Source of the DNA: Bilabrum cf. latius
Lineage: Eukaryota
Length of the DNA: 64,000 nt
Assembly (NCBI GenBank): GCA_965178125.1
Contig: OZ237752.1
Span: forward strand, 124,001 to 188,000
Direction of reading: 5' to 3'
The position numbers and the translations under genes were made by a program. Below, one piece after another: positions 49,548 to 64,000 of this stretch. The notes beneath the pieces were generated by a model that was not told where the DNA came from, did no database searches, and worked only from the letters and a program-made list of their open reading frames with translations. Every line of letters starts with the position of its first letter. Within the stretch, counting starts at the first letter, position 1.

Positions 49548-51764
49548 TCATGTGCTGGCTCCAGTCCCACCCACCCCAGCCATGGAGGCTGCGAGCGCCT
49601 CAGCCTGCTCCTGCGACACACTTCGGATGTCAAAGGTGGCCATGCCAGCCGTCTGGGTCACGCCCATGGCGCCGGCGGCCCCAGGCCCAGCACCGCCCCC
49701 TGGCATGCTCGCCTTCGACTTTGCCTCTGCCTCGAGGATGGCGGGATCCGGCCCCGCGTCCTCGGGCACGGGGTTGGTGGCTGGCCCCATGTCGGGGGGT
49801 GACTTCCCCGGGGCGTGGAGGGCGGAATCGCCCTCTACCTTGAACGAAGGGACTATCCATGGCTTTCGTTCCGAGGCAGCTGCGATAACTCGTGGAAGTG
49901 ATCGACTGACTTGCTGATGATCGATGAGCAGAGGAACCTGCATGCCCTCAGGGCAGACAGCAGCCGTGCAACAAGAGCGCGCGCCACACAAACAAGCAGG
50001 CACTCTGTGGCCATGCCATGCCATGCCATGATCAGATCAACTGAATGATCGCATCAACTCACGCGTCTCCGTCCAGTGCGGCATGGGATAAGTCGGGTCA
50101 CCAGCGTTGAAATCGAACACGCGCTTCCAGTGGTTGTATTTGGCCACCAGCCGAGAGCGGGAAAACAACTGAGAGGGGGAGGGGGGGGGGGGGTTGATGC
50201 GAGGAAACAGCGATGGGAAATTACAAGAGGCAGATACGAATTGGGGCAAGCATCGGGGCAAAAAAGACGGGTTTGCCCATGGAGGGCAGCAGGACTTGTG
50301 CTAACCCCACGGTGCGATGCACCCTCACTGTGTCTAGTCCTGGGCACGCAGCCAGGAAGGGTCCAATCGTCACACCGGAAGACCTCTCGATGATCGGGTC
50401 GGTCTTGCTGTACAGCCGCAGGGAGCAGCCCGTCAGGTCCCGGGTCCGGAGCTGCTTGCACGCCACTGCAAACTCGCAGCCCGCGCACGTCCTGAGGAAC
50501 ACAGAGTCGCTGGAGGCCGCGACGAAGACCCTGCAGTTGGTCAGTCTGTCTGCCTGCACCGTTCCGCTGGCATCCAGCAGCAGCACGGTGCAGTTCTCCA
50601 GGTCGGCCAGCTTCACGGCATTCCCGTCAAGCTCCCCCGCCCACCGGACCAGGGTCGAGTCCTTTTTGCCGTGGAAGGAGTAGAACACGCGGGCCATGTG
50701 CCGCCGGTACGTGCGCTCGTCGTCGAACGTCGCCCCGTCGGGGGCCGTGAACTTGGGCGCCGCGGAGGCGGCTGCGGAACCAGCATCCAGTGCACCAGCG
50801 CCAGCGCCAGCCCCGGCAGCAGCAGCCTGCCTCTGCCTCTTTAGAGCCAGGGCCTCCTTGAATGAGAGCTTCTTGCCACCTGCCCCCTCCTTGCTGGATG
50901 CAGCCGCCTCCTCCTGCTGCTTCTTTCGCTTCAGGGCCAGGGCTTCTTTGAATGACAGCTTTTTCGGGGGGTCGCTGCTGCCGGTGCTGCCCGGCTCTCC
51001 CGGGGTCGATTCGGGCCGCTGCTAGGCGGCGGCAGCAGCCTCCGCGGTCTTTTTCTTTTTCAAGGCAAGAGCTTCGCGGAACGATAGCTTCGATGATGGC
51101 TCGGGTGCGGCCTGTGGCTGCTGCTATGGCGGTGCCTGCGTGGAAGGCCCCAGCGGTGGCGGCGCCGTGGCTGGCGGGCCCGCCGGACCTCCCTGGGGCA
51201 GCGTCGGCGCGACGCGAGGAGGAGGGGCCTGCGATGCAGCGCCGCCCGCTGCAGCAACGCTAGCACGTGGCGGCTCAGCAGCGGAGCCGCCGGCCGATCG
51301 CGAGGTGGCCTTGGCCTTTGCCCTATCGAAGGCATCTTGCGCGGTGGCAACAGCGACCTCCGCGGTCTCTTTGCTGAGCCTTATGCGACTTGCCACTTCC
51401 TGGCCGTACTAGTAGTGCACTAACAGCTCAAGTAGTGACTTGTAAGGGACCGCTGCGCGGATGGCCAAGGAAGTGCATGGAATTTATCAAACGAGGTTTT
51501 TGCTTGCTGTGCTTGGTTGCAAACAAGCCACACTGTGATACCGATCAAGACCTCACACCGTTCTTTATTCTTGTCGAATAGTTTCTGCAGCTTCATAGCT
51601 CGTACCAGGTCGGCCGTAGAACATGCTGATAGCCCCGGAGGGTGCTCGCTGTCAAACTTTTCCAAGACACGCGACAGCTTGTTCCGGGCCAGAAATTCCC
51701 TGACTAAACCTCGCGTCAACGATTGCACCGCATCAAATACCAGCGGCGTTCCCGCTGATGCCAT
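49548..51764 (-). CDS. TBCC/RP2-like beta-helix domain protein with LisH-like N-terminus; exons 51557-51764, 50329-51452, 50063-50168 and 49548-49879
   Basis: C-CAP/cofactor-C-like segment LENCTVLLLD..SVFLRTC..ACKQLRTRD..SKTDPIIERS..NHWKRVFDF; N-terminal LVREFLARNKLSRVLEKFDSE. GT-AG introns 51453-51556, 50169-50328 and 49880-50062 preserve frame. TAGs at 51409, 51124 and 51022; TGA stop. Confidence 0.75.
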
Positions 51765-51926
51765 CAAAGTTGATCTGTGGTCTAGTTGGGCAACCGAATC
51801 CGCTCGCACCCGTTGGTGGTTTGGGCCGCAGCGGTGACGAGTGGGTGCACTCAACACGATCCAAAAATGCGATAGCTGGGTGCCACGCACTGCACACATT
51901 AGAATTCGAGCCTCTTCCCCCAGTCC

Positions 51927-53805
<1,879 letters not shown>

Positions 53806-53979
53806 GCCTGCAAGTGTCGCCGCTGTGAGCGCGATTGCCTTTGCTGCTCGTTGGAGCAAGGTTGCAACCGCTCGGTCGAAGGCGGAGTATCGGGGTGCGA
53901 AAGAGCAAACTGTGGTACGTTTCATGCATATCAGACATTCTCCGAAACTGTGTGTGCAGCACACGCCCTGCCCTGCGTC

Positions 53980-56727
53980 TCAACGACGCCTCCCGCCCGA
54001 GGAGGAGGAGGACGAGGACGAGGAGGCCGTGGCCCCCGCGCTCGAGGAGGGGGAGCGGCCCCTGCTCCTGCTCCTCCGCTTGGCAGACCGCCTGCGGGCC
54101 GACTGCATGGCCCGCTGCCTCTCCGCATCTGCCTCCTCGTCATCGCTCAGGTCACCCATCGCCGCCGCCCCCCGGCTCGCCCCCTGGATCGACCCATCCT
54201 GCAGCAGGTCCTCCCCCGCCCCCGAGAGAGAGGCCGACATGCCCCCCATCCCAGGCATGGACAGCCCATTCTCCTCCTCGTCCAAGCCGCCGTCATCCAT
54301 CGCCATTTGAGACTCGAGCGCATCCGCCGCCGCATCGCCCAGAGCGTCCCCTGCCCCGCTTCGGAGAGCCTCTGCCCCCGCCCTGTCATCCTCGTCCTCG
54401 TCCTCGTCGTCCTCGCCGGCCCTGCGACGGGCAGCGGCGGCGCTGCTCCGCACAGACCTCGACCGCCTGGATCGGCTGCCCACGCCCTCCTCGTCTTCGT
54501 CCTCGTCCTCATCTTCATCCTCGTCATCCTCGGCGCGCATGGTCCGCACCGCAGACTTCTTGCCCTGGCCCTTGCCCTTCGTGTTCTTCTTCTTCTTCTT
54601 GCTGCTGGCACCCTCAGACGCGGCGCCAGCCCCACGCCCGGACCACCCCCCATCCAGCCCACCAGACTACGACCCGGACCCGGACCCACCCGCACTCGTC
54701 ACGCCGCTCCACCGCGCCAAGTCCCGGAAGGCAGCCACCCTCGCGGTCGCGTCCCTGCCCCCCAGGCCCCCGTCCAGCAGCAGCCTCAGCCCGCAGGCCA
54801 GGGCCCAGTCCTCCGCGCCAGCGGCGTCCTCTGCCCGGATGAAGGCACGGTCCCCACTCGTCACACCGAGCCCGCTCCCGTCCGCGCAGCACTGGTCGAA
54901 GAAGTTGAGGACCACCTTGAGCACCCCCTTGTCCTTCAAGAACCGGAGGTACACCGGCACGGCCAGCAGCAGGGACTGGAGCCGGGCCCGCCGCCGCCTG
55001 CCGCCCGCACCCACCACCTCCTCACCATCCTCATCCTCCTCCTCCTCCTCCGCACCGAATGCGTTGTCTTCGTCATCCTTGCCCTTGCCCTTTTCCTTGC
55101 CCTTGCTTGGATCCACCACCCGCAGCCCATCCCTCACCAGCCTCTGCACCAGCCTCAAGACCGCAAGCCTCCTCTCCTCCGCCTGCCTCTTGCCGCCCTC
55201 GCCCCCACCCCTCGCCTGAGTAAAGAAGCCGCCCAGCGCCTGCACGAACGTCTTGGCAAGGTCCGCGATCCGGAGGCGGGCGCCTTGCGCGGCCTCCCGC
55301 GCCGCAGCGGCCTCCGCCGCCGCAGCCGGCCGCTCCTCGAGCGCCGCAGCATCCGCCTCCGCCGCCTCGTCCTCCAGGTCAGCGGCGTGCTCGGCGAGCG
55401 GAGCCAGGGCGAGGTAGTGCGCCTTCAGGAGCTGCTCCGCGTTGCGGTTCCGCAGGCGCCGCAGGACGGCCCTGGCCATGTGGTGCGGAACTTCCGAACC
55501 GGGTCGGATGGGCGCCGCGCCCGAGACGAGGGCCCCGCTGACCAGCTGGGGAACAGGCACGCGCAGGAGCACAGGGAGGGGCACGGCGGCCAGCTGCCGG
55601 GCGCACCTTGCGTCCCCCGCCGCCGCCGATGCGCTGGAGGTCACGTCTCCCTCTGCCAGGCGGAGCCTCGCCTTGGACCCTTTGGGGGCGATGGCTGCCT
55701 GCCCCACCACCACGCTGGCAAGGTGCCCTGCGGCGAGGCTGAAGGACGGCAGAGCGCCCACGGACACTGCGAGGGACCGCGCGTGCTCAGCCTCCCCGTC
55801 CTCGTCCTCCCCTCCCACGCCCGCCGCCAGCCCGGCCGCGGCAGCCGACCGCACCGCCCTTGTGGCGCCCATGAGCTCGGGGCTCACGTCTTCCAGAAGG
55901 AGAGCGGCGAAGGCCGCCGCCGGCCCCGCCCGCGGTGCCGCCCCGGCCAGCGCCAGAACGGGTGCCGCCGCGCCGTCTGGGAAGTCCTCGGCTACCTCTG
56001 CCAGCGCCTCGTCCTGCAGTGAGAAGCACACCTCCGTGCTCTCGCCAGAGACCACGCCCGCGTACCCGTCGTGCGAGGCGCGCAAGTCCTTGGTCAGCAC
56101 GCCCACCAGCTCCTTCACCCTGCCGGAGCGGGCCGCGGTGCCGACGGCCCGCTGCGCCCGCTGCATCCTCCTGATCCTGTGCCTGCACCTGCGCATGATG
56201 GCGCGCGCGCAGTCCTGGGCCAGCTGCGAACCGGCCGCCAGGACGGCTTCTGCGTGGGCCGTGGGTGACTTGCCCTCGGGAGACCCTGCCCTCAGCATCG
56301 AGGCTAGCAGCTCGGTGGCAGTGGTCAACGCCTCTGCTTCCTGCTCCTCGGCGTGCTCCGAGCTGGTGGCAGGAGACCCCGAGGCCCGGATAGCCCCGTC
56401 GCTCCCGCTCACGGCGGACCGGAGAGCGCCCCGGATGGCCAGGGCGCCTACCTGCGAGGACAGCGCGGCTGCCTCTGCGCGCCGGCAGGACGGCGCGCAC
56501 CTGCGCGCGAAATCGCACGCCAGCTGCTGCTCCGCGTCGCTGGGTGCGTAGGCAACGGGCTCTAGCACGGTCCCTCGAAGGCTGGTGGCGCCGCAGGCGG
56601 ACGCGAGGCATGCGAGGGCCTCCACGCCCGCGCGCTGCAGCTCCATGGCCACCGTGCGCGCGCGCAGTCCACCGAGAGGGGTGCGGGCGGGTGCCATGTG
56701 CCGCAGGGGAGGCAGGGCGCCCGCCGA

Positions 56728-56758
<31 letters not shown>

Positions 56759-59700
56759 CTAGAGGCTCCTGCGGGCCTGGCACCGGCGCCCAGGGCCCGC
56801 TCCGGTCGGGTGGCAGCGGCGGCCGACCCGACGCGGGCCAGCGCGGCGCGCGCCCTGAGCGCCCTCAGGATGCCTGTGCGCTGAGAGGGCGGCAGACCGT
56901 AGGCCAGCGTGGCCTGTGGCGCCCTGAGTCCCAGGAAGGCCACGGAGGAGACGCCGATGAGGGGCGCGTGGGGGCTCCACGCGCCCAGCTGGCGCAGTGC
57001 CTCAGCCGTGTGCCTCCGAGCACTCGCCGCATCGTTGTTCCTCGCGCTCGCCTTGGCCTTCTCCACCTGAGTGGCCGCCTCGATGGCAGAGGTCCTCACT
57101 GCGCCCCACTGGGCCGAGTCGCCGATGGCCGCGAAGCCGTTGGTCTCCGCGTCCTCGCCGCCCTGCAGCATGCCCTGCCCGCCTGCGCCGCCTTGCGCCG
57201 CACCGGCCTTGTCGTACGCCACCTGCGCACCAGCCTGCAGCCCGCGCACCTGCCACGACAGCAGACTGCCCAGCAGCTCCATGGCCGTGCTCACGGTGGC
57301 GCCCACAGGCACGCCACACTCGGTGGCGGCCCGCAGCTGCGCCCACCCGCCGGCCTGACCGCGGCTCCCTGCAGCGCGCACCGCAGCCAGACCCTCCTCG
57401 GACACGCCCGACAGCGCCCCACCGCCCACTGCGAGGCCGGTGGCCGCAATGGCGCCGCGGGCCGGTGCAACCGCCGCGTCGGTCCCCATACGCTGCAGCA
57501 CCACGGCCCGCAGCAGGTTCACCCCGGCCCCATGCCTGCCTGCGATCCCTTGCAGTGCGGCTTCGCAGTCCTCTTCGTCAGCCGAGGAGGAGGAAGAAGA
57601 AGACACACCGGTCCGGGCCCGAGCACCCTCCGCAGCCGCCTGCGGGTCCTCCTCTGCGAAAGCAGCGCACAGGGCCGCGAGATCGAAGGCCCTGCCCAGG
57701 GCATTGAGCCTCCGCAAAGCGGCCACCACGTGCAGCTCGGCCTCGGCCCACTCCTTCCCCGCACTCGCCTCCTCGTCCGCAGCCTAAGAGGCGGAAACTG
57801 CGCCGCCATCCGCCGCGTCCTCGGCAGCTGCGCCCGCGCGGGCAGCGAGCTCCGAGGCATCTGCGGCGGCCTGCGCAAGCTCCTTGAGCGCAGCCTCGGC
57901 GGCCTCTGCTGCGGCTGCGCGGGCCTGCCTGCGGTTCGCCTTCGAGGCTCCTCCAGTGGCCGAGGAAGAGGACGCAGCAGATGCCTTGGACTTGCTTGAG
58001 CCCCGCCCGCCCTTGCCTCCGCGCTTGCCCCTGCGGCCAGACGCCCCCTCTTCATCGTCGTCCTCGTCATCTGCTTCCCCGTCCTCTTCGTCTTCGTCGT
58101 CGTCTGCCATCTTGGCAGCGGACCCGCTCGAGGAGGCAGCGCTGCCGTCCACCCGCACGAGGTCCCCATCGGCCGTGACACCAGCAGCCGCCCCGCTGCC
58201 GCCCGCCAGGTGCCTCAGCAGTGCCGCTGCGGCCTGCAGCACGTCGTCGTCCGCATGCCTGTGCACTGCCTCCGTGACCTCCCTGCACACAGCATCGAAG
58301 GCAGAGCCCAGGCCCGGGCCCCTGGGGCCGTACACCTCTGGATCCACCGCCAGCCCCGCCCGCAGGAGCTGTGCCATGACCAGAGCGTCCTCCCCGTGCC
58401 GCTGCAGGAGCCTCGGAAGCGCGGCGCCCAGGGCTACGGACATGGACCGCCTATCAGCGCGGCCCCTGTCCCTCCAGCTCTCCTCAAAGGGGGAGTCCTC
58501 CGCGGTCGGGACGCTGTCCAGCGCCTCCGTCCGCGCAGCTTCGGCACCGAGATCGTCTGCCTTGGCGCCCGCGCCCCACGCCTGGGCCGATCGTGCCTGC
58601 AGATCCAGCGCCTTGCGCGTGTCCTTGCCCACCCCGGCCGCGGACTTCTGCTGCTGCACCTCCTTGCGCGTCTCCGTGACCATCTTGGACACGTCATCCG
58701 CGAGCTCTCTGCGCAGCACCTCCCGCGCAGACTCGGCGGAGCCCCCCATCGTGGCGATCGCAGCAGAGGAAGAGGTGCCATCCACGAGAAGAGCGCCCGC
58801 AGCAGCGGCATCGTCGCCCTCGCCCAGCGGCCGACGAACCACCGAGCCGTCTCCCCTGCGACCACCGCTCCCCGCCGATCCTGCTCCTCCCACGGCGGTC
58901 AGACCGGCCTCACCCCGGACACCCTCACCAGCGTCCGCCCTGGCGTGAGCCGCGGGGTCCGATGCGGTGCCCAGCAGCCCAGCCGCAGCCTCTGCGCACG
59001 CTCGCAGCAGCCTCGCTGCAGTGCCCGTGAGGTCACTGGCGAGCACTGGGGTGACGGCCTCGGGCGACAGCGAGGCAGGGACCAGCCTCGCCAGCTCCTC
59101 GTTGCCCTCCAGCAGCCTCTGCATCACCTCGCGCTGCGCTTCGTGCAGCTCCTCCTATGTGGGCTCCTCGCCCTCGGCTGGCTCATCCTCCTCTTCCTCG
59201 TCCTCGTCCTCCATGGCGCTAGCGCCCTTCTTTCCCTTGCCCTTCTGCTTCTGCTGCTTGCGCGCGGTCACAGCCTCGAGAGCCTCCTCTGCTGCCTGCT
59301 GCTGGATGGCCTGCAGCTGCTCCAGGTGCTCCTCAGTGCACGGGTCATCTTCGAGCAGCGCCACCAGGGCGTCCCAGTCGCACAGGCACTCGGCTCCGGG
59401 GCGGCCCCACAGCGAGCCCACGAAGAACGAGGTGGGCTCCAGGTCGGTCACGCACGGAGCGAGGGCGCGGTCCCTCAGCCTCTGCACCGCAGCCAGCGGG
59501 AGAGCCCTGGCCATCCGCTTGGCGCAACGGTCCGTGATCCTCCTCTCGATCCAGGGCCCGTCGGCCGACAGCCGCTCCAGCACAGGCACCTTATCGCCGG
59601 CATCTCCGGCATCCGCAGCGACCGGAGGATCCTCGGGCTCCAGGTGGCCATCCAGCACCCCAGCGGCTGCCAGCTCGCCCTCTGTGGCAGCGATCCTGGC

Positions 59701-62180
59701 GCCCAGGGCGGCACGGCCCGCCGCCACCTTGCAGAGGGCCTGCAGGTGATCGGCGTACGTCGACGTGCCCTCCTCGATGCCCGCACCCGCCGCCTCGGCT
59801 TCCTGGGCCAGCTTACCGGAGATGAGAGCGTCTGCCAGGCTGGGCGGCGCGTCCGCCTCTGCGGTCCTGAGGGCCTCGTCGGCCTCTGCGTCGTCGAAGT
59901 AAAGCACGGTGCCGGCGCTGGCGTACTGCAGCAGGGACGCATCCATCTGGCGGGCGACGTCCTCCTTGGGCGCGTCTGCCACCGCGGCTGCCTTCTGCAG
60001 TATGCTGTGCAGCTGGGAGCGCGCGTGCAGCTGCACGGCGGCCATGGCAGATGCCGCGCCGGACTGCCCCTTGCTTCCCCCTTTCGCCTACTTCTTGCCC
60101 TTGCTCCTGCCCTTGGCACCACCCGATGCTCCCGCCTCGCCCTCCTCCTCGGCCCGGTCCCTCGCGTCCTCCAGGTTATCCGAGAACGAGTCCATGAGGT
60201 CAAGCAGGAACCCAGCGGCCGCGGACCTGACCCCGGGGTGCGGGCTGCTCATCATGGTTCGGATCATCAGGTGCTCGTCGGACGCCTCCAGCGCCTGCTC
60301 CGTCTCTAGCATCCTGTGCGTGGCGTCCACGGCCGCGCGGGCCACCTCGTCGTCCGCGTCCGCGCAGCTGCCCACGATTCGCCTCCCGAACCGCCGCATG
60401 AACGCATCAAGTCTCTGCACGACGTCTGGTTGCGAGAGCATGGAAGACACCAGGTGCAGCGACCAGTACCTCACGCAGGCTGCGCGGTCGTACAGGCACC
60501 AGCCCGCGTACTTGATCACCTGCGTGGCAGTGAACACGTCGGGCGCGGCGGCCACCAGCGGACCCAGGGCCCGGATGGATTCCGCCCTCACGTGCGGGTC
60601 CACGTCCTTGTGCTTGGCCACGAGGATGTCGCGGTGCACCTCGTTCGCCAGGAGGTCGCCCAACTCGTCCGCACGACGTGCCAGGCGGGCCGCCTCGGCC
60701 TTGGCGGCTCCACCGGTGGATTCCCTGCGCGCGCGGCGCTGCGCGTCCCCCGCCAGACGGAGCAGCTCCTGCCTCGTGAGCGCCAGCCCCTCCGCCACAG
60801 CAGCCACCATCACCGTGGCTGCCTGCCTCATCGGCCTGCTGCTGCCCAGGGCAAGGGCGCCCATCCAGTCCAGGAGGAACGTCGCCAGGTGCGGCGCCAG
60901 CTCCTCCTCCTCCTCCTCGTCTCCTCCCTTGCCGCCAGCAGCCCCTCCGCCGCCTCCTCCCTTGAGTGGCTCCAGCAGCATCTCGGCCCCCTGTTCCCCA
61001 GCGGCACACACGGCCGCTCGCAGGAACTCCTGCGCCCGGTCGCGGATCTCGCCCCGCACGGCCAGCTGCTTGCGGGCCCGCTGGGCGCTCCGCACCTGGG
61101 CGTGGAGCCGGACGAGGGCACGAGCCTGGGAGGGCTCGGCTGCAGCGGCCCCCACTAGCATGACAAAGTCTGCGTCCTGTCTGTTCTGCATGCTCCCTGC
61201 CAGCGTGGTCTCGTCCGTGCCTGCGTCCACCTCGTCCTGGTCCGGCTCGGGGACGCCCTCCGGTACCATCTGCAGCACGGATTCCGCGTGCCAGTCGAGC
61301 ATGTCCACGTCCTGAGGCAGCGGCAGCGCTGCGTGGTTCTCGTCCGCGCCCCCCAGCACGGAGATCGCCTCTGCCATTGCACGCAGTGCCTCCTGCCTCG
61401 TATCTTTGTTCCTCAGGTGCCTAAGCCAGAAGGTCACCGTAGTCTTGAGGGGGGAGCCCGGGCTCGAGATGGCGTCTGCGAGGCGGAGGGGTGGGAGGTG
61501 TGGGAGGGGGGATGGTTGGGCAGCGCATGCATTGGAAGTGAAGACGCAGGGGTTAGAGGAGGTTAGAGGACCGTGCATGTAGTTAGCAGCAGCACCAGCA
61601 GCAGCCGGTCAAGCAGCATGCGTGGCACGCATGGGCCCATCTCCTCGTATGCCGGTCCGCTCACCGATGATTTGCTGCCCGCTGATGCCATCGTCAGCCG
61701 TGGGCCTGGCCTTGCGACCCCTCCCCACGGCTGCCTTCTTCTTGGCGCCGCCGCGGGCACTCGCGGATGCCGGCCGCTGGCGCTTCCTCGACTTGCTCGC
61801 TCCTCCACTGGCGGACGAGGATCCGGTCCGCTTGCCCGAGCGGCCGCGGCCCGCGCGACGCTGCGCAAGGACGGCGTCCATTTCGGCCTGTGCCCCATCG
61901 TCGTCGCTGCTGTCTGAATCGGCCTCCTCCTCGGCCGCGGACGACTCATCGTCCTCGTCGCGAGCGGCACCTTCAGCTTCCGAATCGCTCCCGTTCTCGG
62001 CGTAGGAAACCCCTCTTCCGACCGATGACCTTCCAGACTTGCGTCGTTTGGACTGCGCCAAAGTACTACGAGGTTTCGCGTCTGGAGAGGCCCCGGAGCT
62101 TGCGGCAGAACGCCTCGGCTTGCGAGCCGCCTTGGGAGGCGTAGCCGACGGGTCGACGGGCTCTTCAGCCTCTTGAGCAC
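53980..62180 (-). CDS. Cohesin subunit SA/STAG/Scc3-like protein, about 2650 aa or more; start unresolved
   Basis: STAG/SCD-like RPMRQAAT and LVAKHKDVDPHVRAESIRALG..PDVF..IKYAGWCLYDRAACVR. One frame 53980-61475 broken only by TAG at 60088, 59155, 57784 and 54667. GT-AG intron 61476-61664; candidate acceptor near 62181; TGA stop. Confidence 0.8.
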
Positions 62181-62762
62181 TGCAAAGCAATAGAAAAAGT
62201 ATAGAATATCATATTAAGCTAAAATAACGAGCCTCTCGCAGGATGATAGGGGCTTCCGGCACGAAACACCTCCCAAGCAATTGCCTCGAACTCAAATCGG
62301 AGGCCGCCGCACCCCTTTCCGCCAAGATGCCCACGCATCATGCAAATATAACGGTCATTCAACAATTAATGCAACGTAAACATTCAATACGTACGGCTCT
62401 TTTAGGCAATGAAGCAATAATTGCGGCACAGGCTGGACTGAAACACTGCAATGCATCGCTACGCCGAGATTTCGGGCAGAACGGGCGGTTTTGCTGGAAT
62501 AATGCGCCTCTCACAGGCTTGAGCTTGCTTGAACTACACTCATTCGTTCTGGCTCCCGCTTCGAGCGGGAAGATCTGCGCCTGGATGGCATGGTTGACGC
62601 TGATTATAGTGCGCCTCGGTCGTCGATTGGGGTGTGAAAATGCCTCACATCGATCGGGGCTGCGACCAATCCGAAGATCACTTGGGCAGGTGCGGCGGCG
62701 AGTCTGTACGGTGTCTATTTCCTTATAGAGGTTGATTTCAGAGCAGATGCAGTCGCTGCTCG

Positions 62763-64000
62763 GTGGAAAACCAACAAAACGACGGGCTCATGGCCAGGGA
62801 TGGGGCAGTGGCGGCATCCAAGTTGCCCCCACCAGGATCCCAGGGCCGGGAGCAATGTCTTCCCATGATACGACCGCAATCCTGGGAAGTAGTAGGCCTA
62901 GAAGTGTCGCAACCATCGCCAGGGCAGCGTTCCAGACAGAGCCTGCCACGGCCCGCCACCCAACTTCCCGGCAGTGAGAGTACCCGAACGAACATGTTGC
63001 TTCGCCGAATGAACGATGAATTCGCCATGTTTCGTGCCCTTAAACTCCAATCTATTCTAGTTGTTGCGTGTTTTATGGTTTTGCGCCAGCGCAGGTCTTT
63101 CTGGGCGGATGTCCAGGCACTGCAGCTTGCACAGCAGGCCAAGCACAGAGTCGTTCAGCACGGCCGCGCGGAAAGCAGATCCAATGGGAACCGTGGCAGA
63201 CCACCATCGAATGACAATACCTATACAAGCCGTAGCGGTGCTTCCTCCGACCACATTGAGCCCGTTCAGACGCTCTGGACATCCCCAAGCTTTCGTGCGG
63301 ACGGAGATGGCGGTGGAGCCTTGCCGAGCAGAGGCGAGGACTGGAAAGACTCTCCCATTTCGTAGGCTCTAAAACCATGGGGCGTTGGTGCGTCGTGGCA
63401 TGCCGAAGAGACGAGCGGAGGGGCTGCTCCACCGGCGGGTGCCTCGGGATTCGCGGGGCTCACGGGCGAGCACGCCGTGCTGGCGCAGGTGCTCGCGGGG
63501 AAACCAGCGGGGGCGGCGGCCGCGTCGGGTGGGCGGGCATCGGGGCGGTCATCCCGCAGCAGTTCCCCGGGGGGCTATCCCCGGGGTGCGTTGGGGTCGA
63601 CGTCGTCACCCCGCAGGGGCCACCCCCCGGTTGGGGACAGCAGCGGGCTGAAGCGGGGCTACAGCCGCAACACCCTCAAGTGGGAGGCGCAGCTGGTCGC
63701 AAATGACCGGGACCGCAACGACCGTGCGGCCCAGGAGCGATTCGCGGGCTGGACCAGCGGTGGTGCAAGGCGGGCTGCAGCCAGGGCAGCGGAGCGAGCA
63801 GCCCGCCGAGAGGAGGCGAGCAGGCGGAACGGGCCGGAGGAGAGCAGGCGGACGATGTCCAAGCGAACCTTCTCTAGCCGCAAGCTGGCGGGGCTGGTGG
63901 GTGGAACCCAGGGTGGTGCCGGGGACAACCCCTGGGGGTCACCCCTGGGGGTACCGCCCCGGGGTGGGGAACAACCCCAGGCCAAGACCTCCGCCCGGCG
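62763..64000 (+). CDS. Hypothetical protein, 3'-partial; start uncertain
   Basis: The frame of ORF 62763-63365 continues through TAG 63363 with no further stop to the window end, in GC-rich coding-like sequence. Confidence 0.45.

Noticed and set aside
53851-61315. Long plus-strand ORFs (53851-56022, 58210-60309, 59909-61315) and similar antisense or alternative-frame ORFs elsewhere
   Set aside because: These are shadow ORFs of GC-rich coding sequence on the opposite strand, with no recognisable motifs.

Overview
GC-rich, gene-dense eukaryotic (protist-like) nuclear DNA with short GT-AG introns. I can model about 19 protein-coding genes: a giant PPR-repeat protein, glutamate 5-kinase, MLH1, a tandem VOC/PhnB-like protein, a metallophosphoesterase, a beta-helix glycan enzyme, an NYN-domain protein, a calcyphosin-like EF-hand protein, a pogo-like DD35D transposase, a clan-A glycoside hydrolase, an ankyrin protein, a GH20 hexosaminidase, an RP2/TBCC-like protein, katanin p60, cohesin STAG/Scc3 and several orphans. 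The main finding is a non-standard genetic code. About 65 in-frame TAG codons interrupt otherwise intact genes, including conserved housekeeping ones, with no frameshifts and no internal TAA or TGA in resolved exons. The modelled genes end in TGA (17) or TAA (1). Context points to UAG=Gln with UAA still a stop: a conserved Gln of glutamate 5-kinase is TAG-encoded, and TAGs sit inside poly-Q runs. The resident transposase is intact only under this code. A 10-mer, CACTCGTCAC, occurs at least 16 times on both strands in several reading frames. All coordinates and counts were read by hand and no database search was run.
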